Assembly (NCBI GenBank): GCA_038087875.1
Contig: CM075988.1
Location: 8,744,001-8,808,000 of the forward strand
DNA length: 64,000 nucleotides
Direction: 5' to 3'
Origin: Malacoraja senta
Taxonomy: Eukaryota
Part shown: positions 12,043-24,519 of the stretch, one piece after another
Layout of the letters: every line of letters starts with the position of its first letter
Position numbering within the stretch: the stretch's first letter is position 1
Notes under the pieces: model-generated
Told to the model about the DNA's origin: nothing
The model's database searches: none
Seen by the model: the letters and a program-made list of their open reading frames with translations, nothing else
Translations under genes and position numbers: made by a program

Positions 12043-12200
12043 GAATAATAATAATAATAATAGCTTTTATTTACGGGCGCCTTATACCGAGGTCTCAAGG
12101 ACACCTTACAGAGATTGACAAATAGGAAACATATAATCGGAATAAAATAAATTATAAAGACCAATACACAAATTAAGGACAGAATTATTTCCAAAGACAC
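12043..12200 (-). mobile_element. Short 3' tail fragment of an L2-like retroelement
   Basis: Minus strand 'tgtaaggtgtccttgagacc..aaggcgcc..aataaaag(tat)n', same tail as 25185-25246. Confidence 0.65.
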
Positions 12201-13109
12201 AAAAAAAGAAATCAGAAATTCTAGATTAAAAAAAAATCTTTACTTCTTTTCACTTTTGCAATAGTTTACAGCTGCAACTCGAGAAAACATAAACCGCGTC
12301 ATTATATTTAATAGTGCATTTTTTAATATTTAATAGTCCTTTCAAAGTAGCTCTCTGCAATTTTCTTTAGCCAAACACACCAGGGATTTCCCTGGCCATT
12401 TGCTTTCCAAATAAACTTCACTTCAGCTCTCGGGATTTGGGTGTGAATTGGTTTAAGGCAAGCTTTAAGTGGAAGAATGCTACTGGTGGATTGGACATTA
12501 GACAGCTCTTGTCGACTCGCTCCGTAAGTACTGAGGGAACCGTGATCTTAAACCAACTCCCCTTTGACGCGTTTTTCTTTTGCTGCAAAAAAAATCTGCA
12601 CGTCAAAAATAACTATCCGATTCGAAATTGTTCTATTTTTCTGGTGACACTCGCAAAAAATGTGTCTTTGAAGGAGCCATTCAATAACCCGATGCTGACT
12701 CCAATGAGCGGCGATCGCTCTCTCGTTCCACCCAACTCCTAGTTCAGCAAACGGGCGATTTAGATGTTGGTGGAACTCAGCTGGTCAGGCAGCATGTGTG
12801 GAAGGGACCCTTCTTCAGACTGATTTCAACTTTGGGGTTGGAAGTTTGTGAAGTACAAATGATTTGGCCATTTGTTTTTTTTTAACATCTGTTAAAAGCC
12901 AGGATTTTGTGAACTTGGTTTTGTTATGGCACGATGTCTTGGTTTCTCCACTTATGCAAAGGAATTAAACCAGCCTTTATGTTCCCAATGAAAGACACAC
13001 AATGCTGGAGAAACTCAGTGGGTCAGACAGCATCTCTGGAGAACACGGATAAGTGACTTTTTGGAGTTGGGACCCTTCTTCAGACTGACTGTGGGGAGGG
13101 AGAGAGTTA

Positions 13110-15100
13110 TGTTCCCAGTTATCATGGTGACTTGAATCGACATATAGATTGGGCCAACCAAACTGGTAGTAGCGCTGAGGAGGACGATTTCCTGGAATGT
13201 ATACGGGATGGGTTTTTTAAACCAATGTGTAGAAGGACCGATTAGAGGGCAGGCCATCCTAGACTGGGTATTGTGTAATTAGGAAGGATTAGTTCGCGAT
13301 CTTGTTGTGCAAGCCCCTTGGACAACGGTGACCATAATATGGTGGAATTCTGCATTTGGATGGAGAGTGACACGGTTAATTCAGAGACTAGGGTCAAGAT
13401 TCAAGAGAGTTTATTGTCATGTGTCCCAGATAGGACAATGAAATTCTTGCTTTGCTTCAGCACAACAGAACATAGAAGGCATGAATACAGAACAGATCAG
13501 TGTGTCCATATACCATTATATAAATATATATACACATCAATAAATAAACAGATAAAGTGCAAATAAACAGAAAATGGGCTATTAATGTTCAGAGTTTTGT
13601 TTGAGTTGAGTTTAATAGCCTGATGGCTGTGGGAAAGTAGCTATTCTTGAACCTGGACTTTGCAGTCTTCAGGCTCCTGTACCCGGAGAGATGAGCGTGT
13701 GGCCAGGATGGTGTGGGTCCTTGATGATACTGCCAGCCTTTTTGAGGCAGCGACTGTGATAAATCCCTCGATGGTAGGGAGGTCAGAGCTGATGATGGAC
13801 TGGGCAGTGTTTACTACTTTTTCTAGTCTCTTCCGCTCCCGAACTTAAAGAAAGGAGACTTTGAAGGTATGAGACAGGAATTGGCTAGGATAGACTGGAC
13901 ATTTTTATTTAAAGGATTGACGGTAGAAATGCAATGGCAAAGATTTAAAGACTGCATGATGAACTCCAAAAAATGTTCATCCCTGTCTGGCGAAGAAATA
14001 AAACGGTGAAGGCGACTCAACCGTGGCTAACGAGGAAATCAAGGATAGCGTTAAATCCACGGAAAAGGCATATAAATTGGCCAGAGGAACAGAAAACCGG
14101 AGGGCTGGGAGAAATTTAGAATTCAACTGATGAGGACAAAGGGGTTAATTAAGGGGGGGGGAGAGCATGAAAGAAAGCTTGCGGGGAAATAAAAACGGAC
14201 TCTAAAACCTTCTTTAGATATGTAAAAAGGAAAAGATTAGTGAAGACAAATGTAGGTCCCTTACAATCAGAGACAGGGGAATTTATAATAGGAAACAAAG
14301 AAATGGCAGAACAGTTAAACGAGTTCTGTCTTCACCAAAGATCATAGAGCGGTCTTTGGTCTTCACTAAGGAAGACGCAAACAATCTCCCAGAAATACTA
14401 GGGGACCGAGGATCTAGTGGGAGGGAGGAACTGAAGGGAATCCGTATTAGTCAGGAAATGGTGTTAGGTGAACTGTTGGTACTGAAGGCAGATAAATCCC
14501 CAGGGCCTGATGGTCTGCATCCCAGAGTACTAAACGAGGTGGCCCTAGAAATCGTGGATACATTGGTGATCATTTTCCAATGTTCTCTCGTCTCAGGATC
14601 AGTTCCTGTGGACTGGAGGGTAGCCAATGTAACCTCACTTTTTAAGAAAGGAGTGAGAGAGAAAACAGGGAATTACAGATGAGTTAGCCTTGCATCAGTA
14701 GTGGGGAAGATGCTTGAGTCGATTGTTAAAGATGTAATAGCAGCCCATTTGGAAAGCAGTGACAGGATCGGTCAAAGTCAGCATGGATTTATGAAGGGGA
14801 AATCATGCTTGACTAATCTTCTGGATTTTTTTGAGGATGCAACAAGTAGAATTAAAGGAGAGCCAGTGGATGTGTTGTATCTGAACTTTCATAAAGCCTT
14901 TGACAAGGTCCCCACACGAGATTAATGTGCAAAATTAGAGCACATTGTATTGGGGTAGGGTATGGACATGGATAGAGAACTGGTTGGCAGACAGGAAGCA
15001 AAGAGTAGGAATTAACGGGTCCTTTTCAGAATGGCAGGCAGTGACTAGTGGGGTGCTGCAAGGCTCAGTGCTGGGACCCCAGTTATTTACAATATGTATT
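13110..15100 (+). mobile_element. CR1-clade LINE ORF2 fragment (endonuclease end, linker, RT N-terminal half), disrupted
   Basis: Peptides LDWVLCN..DHNMVEF, LKADKSPGPDGLHPRVL..VPVDWRVANVTSLFKKG..GNYR, SQHGFMKGKSCLTNLLDFFE..VDVLYLNFHKAFDKVP, VTSGVLQGSVLGPQLF; stops and frameshifts present. Confidence 0.95.
13393..13840 (-). mobile_element. Rex1/Babar LINE 3' end inserted into the CR1 fragment
   Basis: Antisense copy homologous to 29450-29880, with a (CTTGAAT)-type tail at 13393; the CR1 sequence GAGACTAGGGTC..GAACTTAAAGAAAGG resumes on the other side. Confidence 0.9.
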
Positions 15101-15602
15101 TGTATTCTACTATTATTCTACTAATAGCATTATTATAAAAATACGCTATTTTTATTCTACTAAAGTTTTCCAATATTTTCTCTTTTATTTCTGACTTCCA
15201 GCATCTTCATTTAAAAAAATAATGACTGACTATATTTCTTAAAGTAATGCCTTTTAGCAACAAAATTTCAGCACAATAAATGCTGAGCATCTGGAATAAA
15301 AGTGAAACTCACAGCAGGTCAGGCAGCATCTGTTGATGGTTATCATTTTGGATCATATCTGCCAAAGGTACTTCAACTTTAAACATTGATTCTGCTCCTC
15401 TTTCCGCAGATGCTGCCTGACCGGCTGAGTGTTTCCAGTGTTTTTTTTATTTTCCTTGCAGCACCAGGTTGCATTTATCACTGGTTTTATAGTGGCAACA
15501 CATTTTAAGATACTTCAGAGCTCGACACCAAGCCAGAGGTGGAAACATTAAGATGGGTTATCAAGTCCTCAAACCATTGGTTTTAAGCGTTGGGTAGGAA
15601 TG

Positions 15603-15890
15603 AGGGTGGCACGGTGGCACAGCGGTAGATTTGCTGCCTTACAGCTCCAGAGACCGGGTTCAATCCTGACGATGGGTGCTGTCTGTATCGAGTTTGTAAG
15701 TACTCCCTGTGACCGCGTGTTTTTTTTTTGGGGTGCTCCAGTTTCCTCCCACTCCAAAGACGTGCAGATTAATTGGCTTCTGTAAATTGTCCCTAGTGTG
15801 TAGGATCGAACTGGTTTATGGGAGGGGTGGTTGCTGGTCGGAGTGGGCTTGGAAGGATGAAAGGCCTGTTTTTCACACTGTATCTCAAAA
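15603..15890 (+). mobile_element. HE1-like V-SINE (tRNA-derived), near full length
   Basis: A-box-like GGTGGCACAGCGGTAG, B-box-like GGTTCAATCC, V-domain 'gggtgctccagtttcctcccactccaaagac', CR1-shared 3' tail. Confidence 0.9.
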
Positions 15891-16116
15891 ACTGAAAGAC
15901 GGACATCGGATGGCTGAAGGCAGTGTTGGGGCAAAGGAAGTGAATGGAGCTATAGGCTATATTTTGGGGGAAGATATTCCGGAGAACTTGAGATTTAATT
16001 TTGGATGCATGCGCTGACGTGACTGATTATAAACTAATGTTTTAGGATGGTTCTTCACCACTATCAGGATTTGGAATCTCTGATCACACAAGCTCCTGGG
16101 TGTCACAAGGTGGAAT

Positions 16117-16349
16117 ATACTCACAAAGTGCTGGAGTAACTCTGTGCGTCAGGCAGCATCTCTGGAGAAAAAGGATGGGTGACGTTTCGGGTTGTGACCT
16201 TCTTTCAGACTCCAGGGTCTGAAGAAAGGAGGTTCCGACCTGAAAGGTCACCCATCCTTTTTCTCCAGAGATGTTGCCTGATCAGCTGAGTTACTCCAGC
16301 ACTTTGTTTCTATCTTCGATATAAACCAGCATCTGCGGTTTCTTTCTAC
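16117..16349. mobile_element. Penelope-derived fold-back element with 14-bp TSD
   Basis: Inverted arms; flanks tcacaaggtggaat (16103-16116) / tctcaaggtggaat (16350-16363). Confidence 0.85.
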
Positions 16350-17399
16350 TCTCAAGGTGGAATGATGGGCAATTGATAGCACATGGCGACAGAAGGCGAC
16401 AGAAATCTCTCGCTTTGAGAAAATTCTACTAGTTTTATTCAGTTTCATTTTAAAAATGGACATATTTATTTCAAAAAACACAGAAAACGTTACAAATTTG
16501 CATGTTATTACAATTTATTGACCTCAAATTATTCGAGTAAAATAACTAAACGCCAGCATCATTGAACAGAAGTGAGACTAACTAAATTGAATCCTTTACA
16601 ATGATTAATATTTCCCAGTTTAATGGAAAACAACTGAGGAACACTTAGTTAGGAAATCAAGTGAATACAATGGAAGTCATGCACTATTACCATTCACCAA
16701 GGGTGAAGTATTTTAGGATCTTTGGAACTTTTTCCAGCAATTTGGTTCTTATTTAAACATTTATAATCTGTACTTTAAATAACATAGGACTCGGGAGGTC
16801 TATATTAGATGGCAATAGTTCCTGATGATCGGTCGATTCAATTAATCTCCTCCCTCCCCACCCACCCACCCAAAATTTCTCTCATCATCCTAGCCCCTTT
16901 ATCCACAACTAATGGCTGGGCTATTTTACACAGCACCTCTTCCAGAACCAGAAGCACCTGCAGGGACAGGGAAGTCCCACACACAGTTCAAACCCACAAG
17001 GTAGTGTCCGGAAGAAGAACCCTTGCTACAACCCTTTCCACGTCCACGCTTTGTGCTTGTTCGGTGTTCCCCGCTGAGCTCATTGTCCAGCGCATTTCCT
17101 CACAGCAGTTCAAGCTGCCATTGTGTTCCTTTGTTTCCACAATCAGGAAATTATCTTTGCCGGAATATTTCTGTAGCTCAGAGATTAAAGTTATCACCCA
17201 CTGTCCTGATTTAGACCAGACATTCTGGCTCCTATTCTGCTTTGGATCTGAAAATGAGTGGGATACACTTCATGTAAAACATGCACCAGTAACCTGGAGT
17301 ATGTCTGGATCCACACCGTTGGAAAAGAGCAGTCCCTAGTTCGAATTCATATCCCAAAACTCAGGGCACACCCTCAATACCAATTGTGAAATATGAAAA

Positions 17400-17532
17400 G
17401 TGTAGGAAGGAACTGCAGATGCTGGTTTACATTGAATATAGACACTAAATGCTGGAGTAACTCAGTGGGACAGGCAGCATCTCTGGAGAGAAGGAATGGG
17501 TGACGTATCGGGTTGAGACCCTTCTTCAGACT
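17400..17532 (-). mobile_element. Penelope-derived single arm
   Basis: 'gtaggaaggaactgcagatgctgg...gagacccttcttcagact'. Confidence 0.8.
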
Positions 17533-18026
17533 CGTATAGAATATGGAAATACTCGCAATACTTCCTGTTGTCTGAGAGCCCTGGAGTAAAGTATGGATTC
17601 AGAAAACTGAGGGAACCTTCGTTCCAAAATATGTCCATTCCCTTTTTCCTGTTAGCTGTTAATGGTTGTTAAAATTTCCATTGACTTTCATCAGCAGTTA
17701 AGGAAGAATTTATTCATATCTTACTCCGAGTTCAGGCTGTTGCCTCTTGTCAGCGGCTTGGTTCGAAGCTGTTCTTGCATCCACACATATGAATCCTTCC
17801 ATTGGCAGGCAAAATGTATTGATTTACTTAGTGAATAATTGGTTAGAAAGAGGTGCAGAGTAAGTGATGCAATGCGTGAGTAGGTTGTCCTCCTTGGATT
17901 GCAACAATACATTGAGATCCCACGTCCTCTTGAGTGAGTTAACAATTGAAGAGACAGGAGCATGGGAGGATCAAAAATCCTGGCCAATGTTTGTTTCACA
18001 ACCAAGATCTCTAAACTTGTCTGGAA

Positions 18027-18270
18027 CAGAAAGTGCTGGAGTAACTCAATGGGTCAGGGTGCATCTCTGGAGGACATTGATCGACAACATTTCAGGTCGG
18101 GATCCTCAGGTTGGGTCAGTTCCTTGCGACACCCCGATACGCCAGGACACACTGAGTGTAACTCAGCGGGTCAGGCAACATCCCTTTTCAGTCTGGTCTC
18201 CAGGCACCTGAGTTACATCAGCACTTTGTGTCCGTTTGTGTAAACCATCATCTGCAATTCCTTGATTCTA
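18027..18270. mobile_element. Rearranged Penelope-derived fold-back element
   Basis: Two left-arm pieces and one right arm. Confidence 0.65.
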
Positions 18271-18546
18271 CATCCTGCTAAACTTATTCTTCTGCTATTT
18301 ATTCCATTTCCACTTACAGATTCTCCTCTTGTACAGGCTACTGAGTTTAATTGCATTTCATTGGTGCTTCATTGGTGTGAAGATATTGGCATATCCTGAG
18401 GCCATGAGAATGATTTTTTTTTCTTTGTATCTTTCTCTCTTTGTTCCCCCAACTTGCCAAAGGTTGATACAGTCAGTTTGAAAAGAGGTCATTTAGATCA
18501 GTAATTGAAATAGAGAAACAGAGCATCTGGTAGAAGCAAGGAAGAT

Positions 18547-18900
18547 TCTGAAGAAGGGTCTCGACCCAAAACATTACCTATTCCTTTTCTTCAGAGATGC
18601 TGCCTGACCCGCTGAGTAAAGGACCTGTCCCACTTGGCCGTCATTTGCACGTAATTTACGCAACATCATTTACGCGTCACAACGCACTATGCACGTGATG
18701 CGCGCATGGTGATCATTACGCGTGCATGGTGCGTGATGACATAGGCAGTGACGCGTGGCCACGCGCAGCGTCGCAGGGTTTTGTGATGTACAAAATCTTC
18801 GCGAGCCATCTGCGTGACGTGCAAATGACGACCAAGTGGGACAGGCCCTTTACTCCAGCATTTTGTGTCTATCTTCAGTGTAAACCAGCATCTGCAGATA
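18547..18900 (+). mobile_element. Penelope-derived arm interrupted by a MITE
   Basis: 'ctgaagaagggtctcgaccc...gctgag' and 'ctccagcattttgtgtctatc...' are contiguous in other copies (gctgagTTActccagc). Confidence 0.85.
18620..18849. mobile_element. PIF/Harbinger-type MITE, family C (230 bp)
   Basis: TIRs AGGACCTGTCCCACTTGGCCGTCATTTGCACGT / ACGTGCAAATGACGACCAAGTGGGACAGGCCCT; flanks TAA/TTA; CpG-rich. Confidence 0.9.
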
Positions 18901-19219
18901 CAGTCTTACAAAAGACGCCACAAAGTGCTGGAGTAACTCAGCGGGTCAGGTAGTATCGCTGGAGAACATGGAAATGGTGACGATTCAGGTCGGGGCCCTT
19001 CTTCAGAAAGCAGAGCATCAGGAGTAGGGTTTGACCTTCTGAGCCTCCCTGCCATTCAATATGATCATGGCTAAACCTTTTGTTCAGTTCCGCGGTGCTG
19101 CCCACTCCACTGAGTTTCTCCAGCATTTTGTGTCTTCTTTTGTATAATCCAGCATCTGAAATTCCTTGTAACACCGGGTTAACATATACTCCTGGTCTCT
19201 CCACTTCTGCACCTATTCA

Positions 19220-19790
19220 TCATGAAGACATACAGTGTGGAAACAGGCCCATCGGCCCAATTGTTCACACCGACCAACATGCCCCATCTACACCATTATC
19301 TCCTAGCTCCCTAAATTCACCCTCAAGGTATGCCCCATCTACACTCGTACCACCTGCCTGCATTTGGCCCATATCCCGCTAAACTTATCCTATCCATGTA
19401 CCTGTCTAAATGTTTCTTAAATGTGGCGATAATACCTGCCTCAACTACCTTCTCTGGCAGTTTGTTCCATACACCCGGAGAAGGTAGTTGAAGGTAGTTC
19501 CATACACCCGGAGAACAACAAAAAAACGTTCCTCAACACTGAAATGGACACTGGTTGAGGAACGTTTTTTTGTTTCCTCTGGGTATGCGAATACTCAGGA
19601 AATGACAATAAAGATATACAATACAATACACCCGCCACCATTTATGTTAAAAAAGTTACCCTCTCGGGTTCCGATTAAATCTTTCCCCCCCTCAATTAAA
19701 CCTGTGCTCTCTTGTTTTCGAAGTCCCTGCTCTGGGGAAGACACTGGGGCATCTAACGGATCTATTCCTCTCATGATTTTGCACACATAT
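19220..19790 (-). mobile_element. CR1 LINE 3' fragment with internal duplication and a short insertion
   Basis: Antisense KIMRGIDPLDA..PEQGLRKQ..GNFF segment plus CR1 3' UTR; interrupted at about 19475-19630. Confidence 0.8.
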
Positions 19791-20779
19791 TTGTGCACAC
19801 ATTAGCACATTTTTTTTCTCTCTTAATAATTCCAACCAAAATATATCACTTGCCACTTAAATTTCATTTACCACATTTTCAATTTCCTTCACTATGGCAT
19901 CCAGACCACGCCAAAGACTGTTCTCACTGTTTTCCACAGTTAGTTTCACATCTTCAAACTTCCGAATTGCCTTCTATGTTCCCAGTCACCATATCAAAAA
20001 AAATCAGCGGCCCCAAAACTGACTGGCACATATGTAAGGAATCACCAGTGTAATCTTCTCTCCCATTCTGAACTACAGTCACTAATGTATGACTTTGATC
20101 ATTTTGTACTTGCATTATAACTGTCCTTTCAATCCTAAGGAACCACCTTTCCCCAAATGCACCTCCAACGTAGTATTTTATATCTCCGTGATATATTACG
20201 CACTGCACCAGCCCCAACACCCTCATCAGGGAACCAAATCAATTAAGTTAGACCAGATTTCTCTTTATCCACCTTCCATAAGACAGGAGTAGAATTAGGT
20301 CATTCGTCCATCGATCATGGTTCATCTACTTTTCCCTTTCAATACCATTCTCCTGCCTTCTCACCAGAACCTTTGATGCTTTTACTAAACGAGAACTGAT
20401 CAATCTTTGCTTTAAAAATATGCAATGATGTTCTCCACTGCCATCTGTGACAATGAATTCCTCTGGCTAAACAAATTCCTTTTCATCTCCATCCATGTCC
20501 TCCAGTGATGCTGCCTGTCCTGCTGAGTTACTCCAGCACTTTGTGTCTTATTTTGTAAACCAGCTGCAGTTCCTTGTTTCTAACGTCATCTATTCCCTTT
20601 CTCTAGAAATGCTGTCTGACCCGCTGAGTTACTCCAGCTTGTTGCATCTATCCTTGTTTCTACATATCTCTTTAAAACATCTGTGCTGACTTTAACTTGA
20701 TATATCTCAGTTTCCAGATGCAATTATTGTGTAAATATGATATTCTGCTGGTCGCACCACAAGGTAGGCCGAGTGTCCT

Positions 20780-21150
20780 GTGCAGGTTGGGTTCATCCCT
20801 TGCTCTTTTCTTGAATGAGGGGTGAATTCTATCCTCTTTCCTCCTATATCTAAAACATTGAAAAATCATGGCTGGAGCTTCCAAAAGATGAACAGATACT
20901 TCTCTCAGTAAACGAGAATGCTTCCTATTTGGGCTGAGTGCTTCTCTACTTTCAGTGTTTGGCATACCTAGGTAAAAGGATAGCACAACATAGCAGGCCG
21001 AAAAGTCTGTTTCTGCATTATATAACACTTTGACTCCAGCATATTTACATTCTGCCCGATAATGCCACTGCCTTTCCCTATATTGCTTCATCAGTATTAA
21101 CTTCTGATGAAGATAGATGGAAAGTGGTCATTTAGTACCTCAGCCATGTC
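20780..21150 (-). mobile_element. Highly degraded CR1 RT-proximal fragment
   Basis: LLREVSVHLLEAPAMIFQ..HPSFKKRARDEPN resembles the corresponding CR1 motif at 14500-14680. Confidence 0.55.
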
Positions 21151-21209
21151 CTTTGCCTTCACAAGATCTTTTTATTTCTAATTGTCCATCTTCTAGATGA
21201 CTATTATTT

Positions 21210-21470
21210 CACTGGTGCGACACAGTGGTTCAATCCTCACTGCGGGTGCTTGTCTGTATGGAGTTTGTGACCGTGACCGTGAGGGTTATCTCCGGGTGCT
21301 CCGGTTTCCTCCCACACTCCAAAGAGGTACAGGTTTGTAGGTTAATTTGGCTTCAGTAAAATTGTAAATTGTCCCTAGTGTACAGGACGGTGCTAATAAT
21401 CATGGTGATTGCTGGTCAGCATGGACTCGGTGGGCTGAAGGGCCTGTTTCCAAACCGTATGTCGAAAACC
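21210..21470 (+). mobile_element. HE1-like V-SINE
   Basis: V-domain 'ctccgggtgctccggtttcctcccacactccaaag' and 3' tail. Confidence 0.85.
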
Positions 21471-23049
21471 TGCTAAAGATGTGATTATAAGCTGGAATTT
21501 TATTTTATTTTTCCACAATGTGAGTGCTTGCAGAAATATTCCTGAGGCAATGTGTCTGGGGATGGCTGAAGTTGGGGACAACTATGTTTGTGTGTGTGTC
21601 TCCACGACATGCTTGTGACGGATTATGGAAACTTACTGGTATGGTATGTTTGACACTGGTATGTTTGCTTTTAGTGCTGACGTGATCTGTGTTACTGTTG
21701 GGAAACTTGCCCACTGTTTTTCTCACGACCCTGGGGCAGTGGGGCGGCATCTCACTGAAGAGAAAGGAACCAAAAATAACATTACTGTATATAAAGTGAC
21801 ATTAGAAGGAGAGACCGCCCCCTCCATTAACCCTCCACGAACCAGTGTTTACATCACAGAAACACACGGGACATTGTACCACATTTATGTCATTTCACTC
21901 TATAGACAAAACAGTTGCTCTAAATTTGATTCTAAATAGTGCTATGTGAGATTTGGAATATTTTTCTGAAAGCTCAATCATTATCTATTTTTAATTTCAC
22001 CAATACTTTGCATTAAACAGAAACAACTTAGCAAAGTTGAATTTTGGTACCAACAACATAATTATGAAGTAATTTGAATTGTTTTTTTATACAGAGAATA
22101 GTGGGGGCCTGGGAAGCACTGCCGCGGGGGGGGGGGGGAGGGAGTGGGAGGGGAGTGAGGTTACCTACCTCCCTTCCCGTCTCCCTTCCCGCCGCATCCC
22201 AGATTCCACATACTAGGAGCATTTTTACAGTAGCCAATTCACCTGCCAACTTGCACATGTTTGGGATGTAGGTGGACACTGGAGCACCTGAGGGAAATGC
22301 ACAATATCACAGGATCACAGGGAGAATATTGCTATTCAACCTGAGTCACTGGAGCTGTGAGGCAGAAACTAAACTAATTGTAGCACGTAACTATTCCATC
22401 CTCCCCCTCTCCAACCGCACGCCTAACCCCTCTCCCCCACCCTGGTGCTATTTTAACGCCATTTGTTGCACCTCTGCCGACTTTATGTGGAGCATTGTCT
22501 GAACTTGACCCCTTCGTGAGGAATCATAAATCTGCTGAAGCAATTCTTAACCAACTCTGGGAATGCTTCCAGATCAGTGCTCGGACAAGTCACAATATCC
22601 GTTACGCAGCACAAAAGGAAAAGATAACGCAGGAGTCTAATATAAACCTGAAATGAGAAATGAAATACCTTTAGTAGCGGCACAAAGGGTCTACTCCTGT
22701 TACATTAAGCAAAGTCATTATACAAGATGGAGTAACTATCATGACTAAAGTGGACAATGTGATGAGCATGGTTATTAATCTAATCTATGTCCTGAACAGC
22801 AATTCAAGCTCCATTATTGAATTATTCATTCACGGGACATGGGTGTGGCCACAAAGCTTTTATTGTTCATTTTCAATTGGATCCCAGGGCCTTTGGAGAG
22901 TAATTAGGAATCAACCGCATTAGTGGCTCTGAAATCACATCGAGGGACTTCAGGGAAAGATGGCAAGTTTCCTATGGGAAGAACATGTGAACTCACAGAG
23001 ATTTTATAACAATCCAGAGTCACCATTACTGAGGCTAACAACTTTTCAT

Positions 23050-23320
23050 GGAGTCACAGAGTTCGTACAGCACAGGAATAGACCCTTCGGCCCGATTCTT
23101 ACATGCCAACCAAAATGCAAATCTGTGCTGGTCCCATGTTCCTGTATTGGGCTAATTATGTTTCTTTCTTTCCGATCCATGCACCTGTCTGAAATCCTTT
23201 GAATACTTTGATTGTAGCTACCTCCAGCACCTCCTCCAGAAGCTTGTTCCAGATACCCAGCAACCTCAGTGTGGAAAATCTCCCCCCCCCCCCCCCAAAT
23301 CTCCTTCAATTATTTCCCCT
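23050..23320 (-). mobile_element. CR1 LINE 3' end fragment
   Basis: Antisense CR1 3' UTR motifs. Confidence 0.7.
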
Positions 23321-23604
23321 TGACTTTATGTCCATATCCAACTTCATCGTAATTTCCTAGCTGCCATCAATCACCTTCAAATATGCGCCCCAGGTTCAAT
23401 AATCTGGATTTTTGGATACATGTACAGTGACTTAGAACAGTAGCGCCCAAAATCAGACCATTCAGCCCATGACTTGGCACTACATCTCCCAACCCAAATC
23501 TAACCCATGCTTGAAGGGTAAGGCCAAACATACCTCAATCCAAATCATCATCCAAATATGAAACCTCTTGAAAATTCTACATTAAGATTCCCCATCCTCT
23601 CCGG

Positions 23605-23910
23605 AACCACAGTGGTGCAGCTGGTAGACCTACTGTCTCACAGAGGCAGAAGCCCGCTTTGATCCTGACCTGGGGTGCTGTCTTTATGGAGGTTGTACGT
23701 TCTTCCTGTGACCGTGTGGGTTTCCTCCGGGTGCTCCAATCTCTTCCCACATCTTCAAGAATTATGGGTTTGCCTCTACAAATTGTTCTTAATGTGCAGG
23801 GAGGGGATGACAAAGTGGGATAACATAGAACCAGTATAAATGGGCAATTGATGGTTGGCATGAACTCAATGGGCCGAAGGGCCTGCTTCTATGCTGTATT
23901 TCTGAAGCCA
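23605..23910 (+). mobile_element. HE1-like V-SINE
   Basis: tRNA-like head, V-domain, tail 'gggccgaagggcctgcttctatgctgta'. Confidence 0.85.
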
Positions 23911-24197
23911 AAGTAAACCCATTAGCCAGGCAATCTATTGGGCAACAAATGGGTTTTACATATTTGTTTTAATTGGCCGCTTCCATTACTGCCTCTTCTT
24001 AGATGAAACCCCCCAGCAAATAATTTTGGCTAATACATCCTTAAATGTGTGAAATTACTCAGCTCAGTCAGTAATACATGAAATGTAAGCCGGTCATGGT
24101 GAGAAAAGATATGCCGTTTATTCTTCTGAGGGTACTAGTTAGGTTAAACCTAAGGCCGGAGGAGAAATTCTACAGAACCCAAGGAGGTTAAGAATAG

Positions 24198-24319
24198 TGT
24201 TAAAGAAGGAACTGCAGATGCTGGAAAATCGAAGGTACACAAAAATGCTGGAGAAACTCAGCGGGTGCAGCAGCATCTATGGAGCGAAGGAAATAGGCAA
24301 CGTTTCGGGCTGAAACCCT
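24198..24319 (-). mobile_element. Penelope-derived single arm with perfect 14-bp TSD
   Basis: gaggttaagaatag at 24184-24197 and 24320-24333. Confidence 0.85.
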
Positions 24320-24519
24320 GAGGTTAAGAATAGGTCTTGACTAAAACAATTCAAAATGTTTTCAAAATTAATCAACTATTTCAAGCCAACTATTAATAGG
24401 AGATTAATAGAAAGTTTAAAAAAACAACAGAGTGCTGGAGGAACTCAATGGGTCAGGCAGCATCTGTGGAGGGATATGGACAGGTGACATTTCCAGTTGT
24501 GACCCTTTTATGTTTAGTT

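Noticed and set aside
11541..12200. Longest ORF in the track (219 aa, minus strand)
   Set aside because: Begins in a retroelement tail and a (TAT)n run (YYYYYY) and is antisense to the candidate first exon; no recognisable domain.
13110..15100. Possibly active or domesticated reverse transcriptase
   Set aside because: Multiple stops and frameshifts, a nested insertion, and truncation before the catalytic YADD-type motif.
16809..17339. 176-aa plus-strand ORF as possible exon 2
   Set aside because: No recognisable domain and no convincing splice-site pair.
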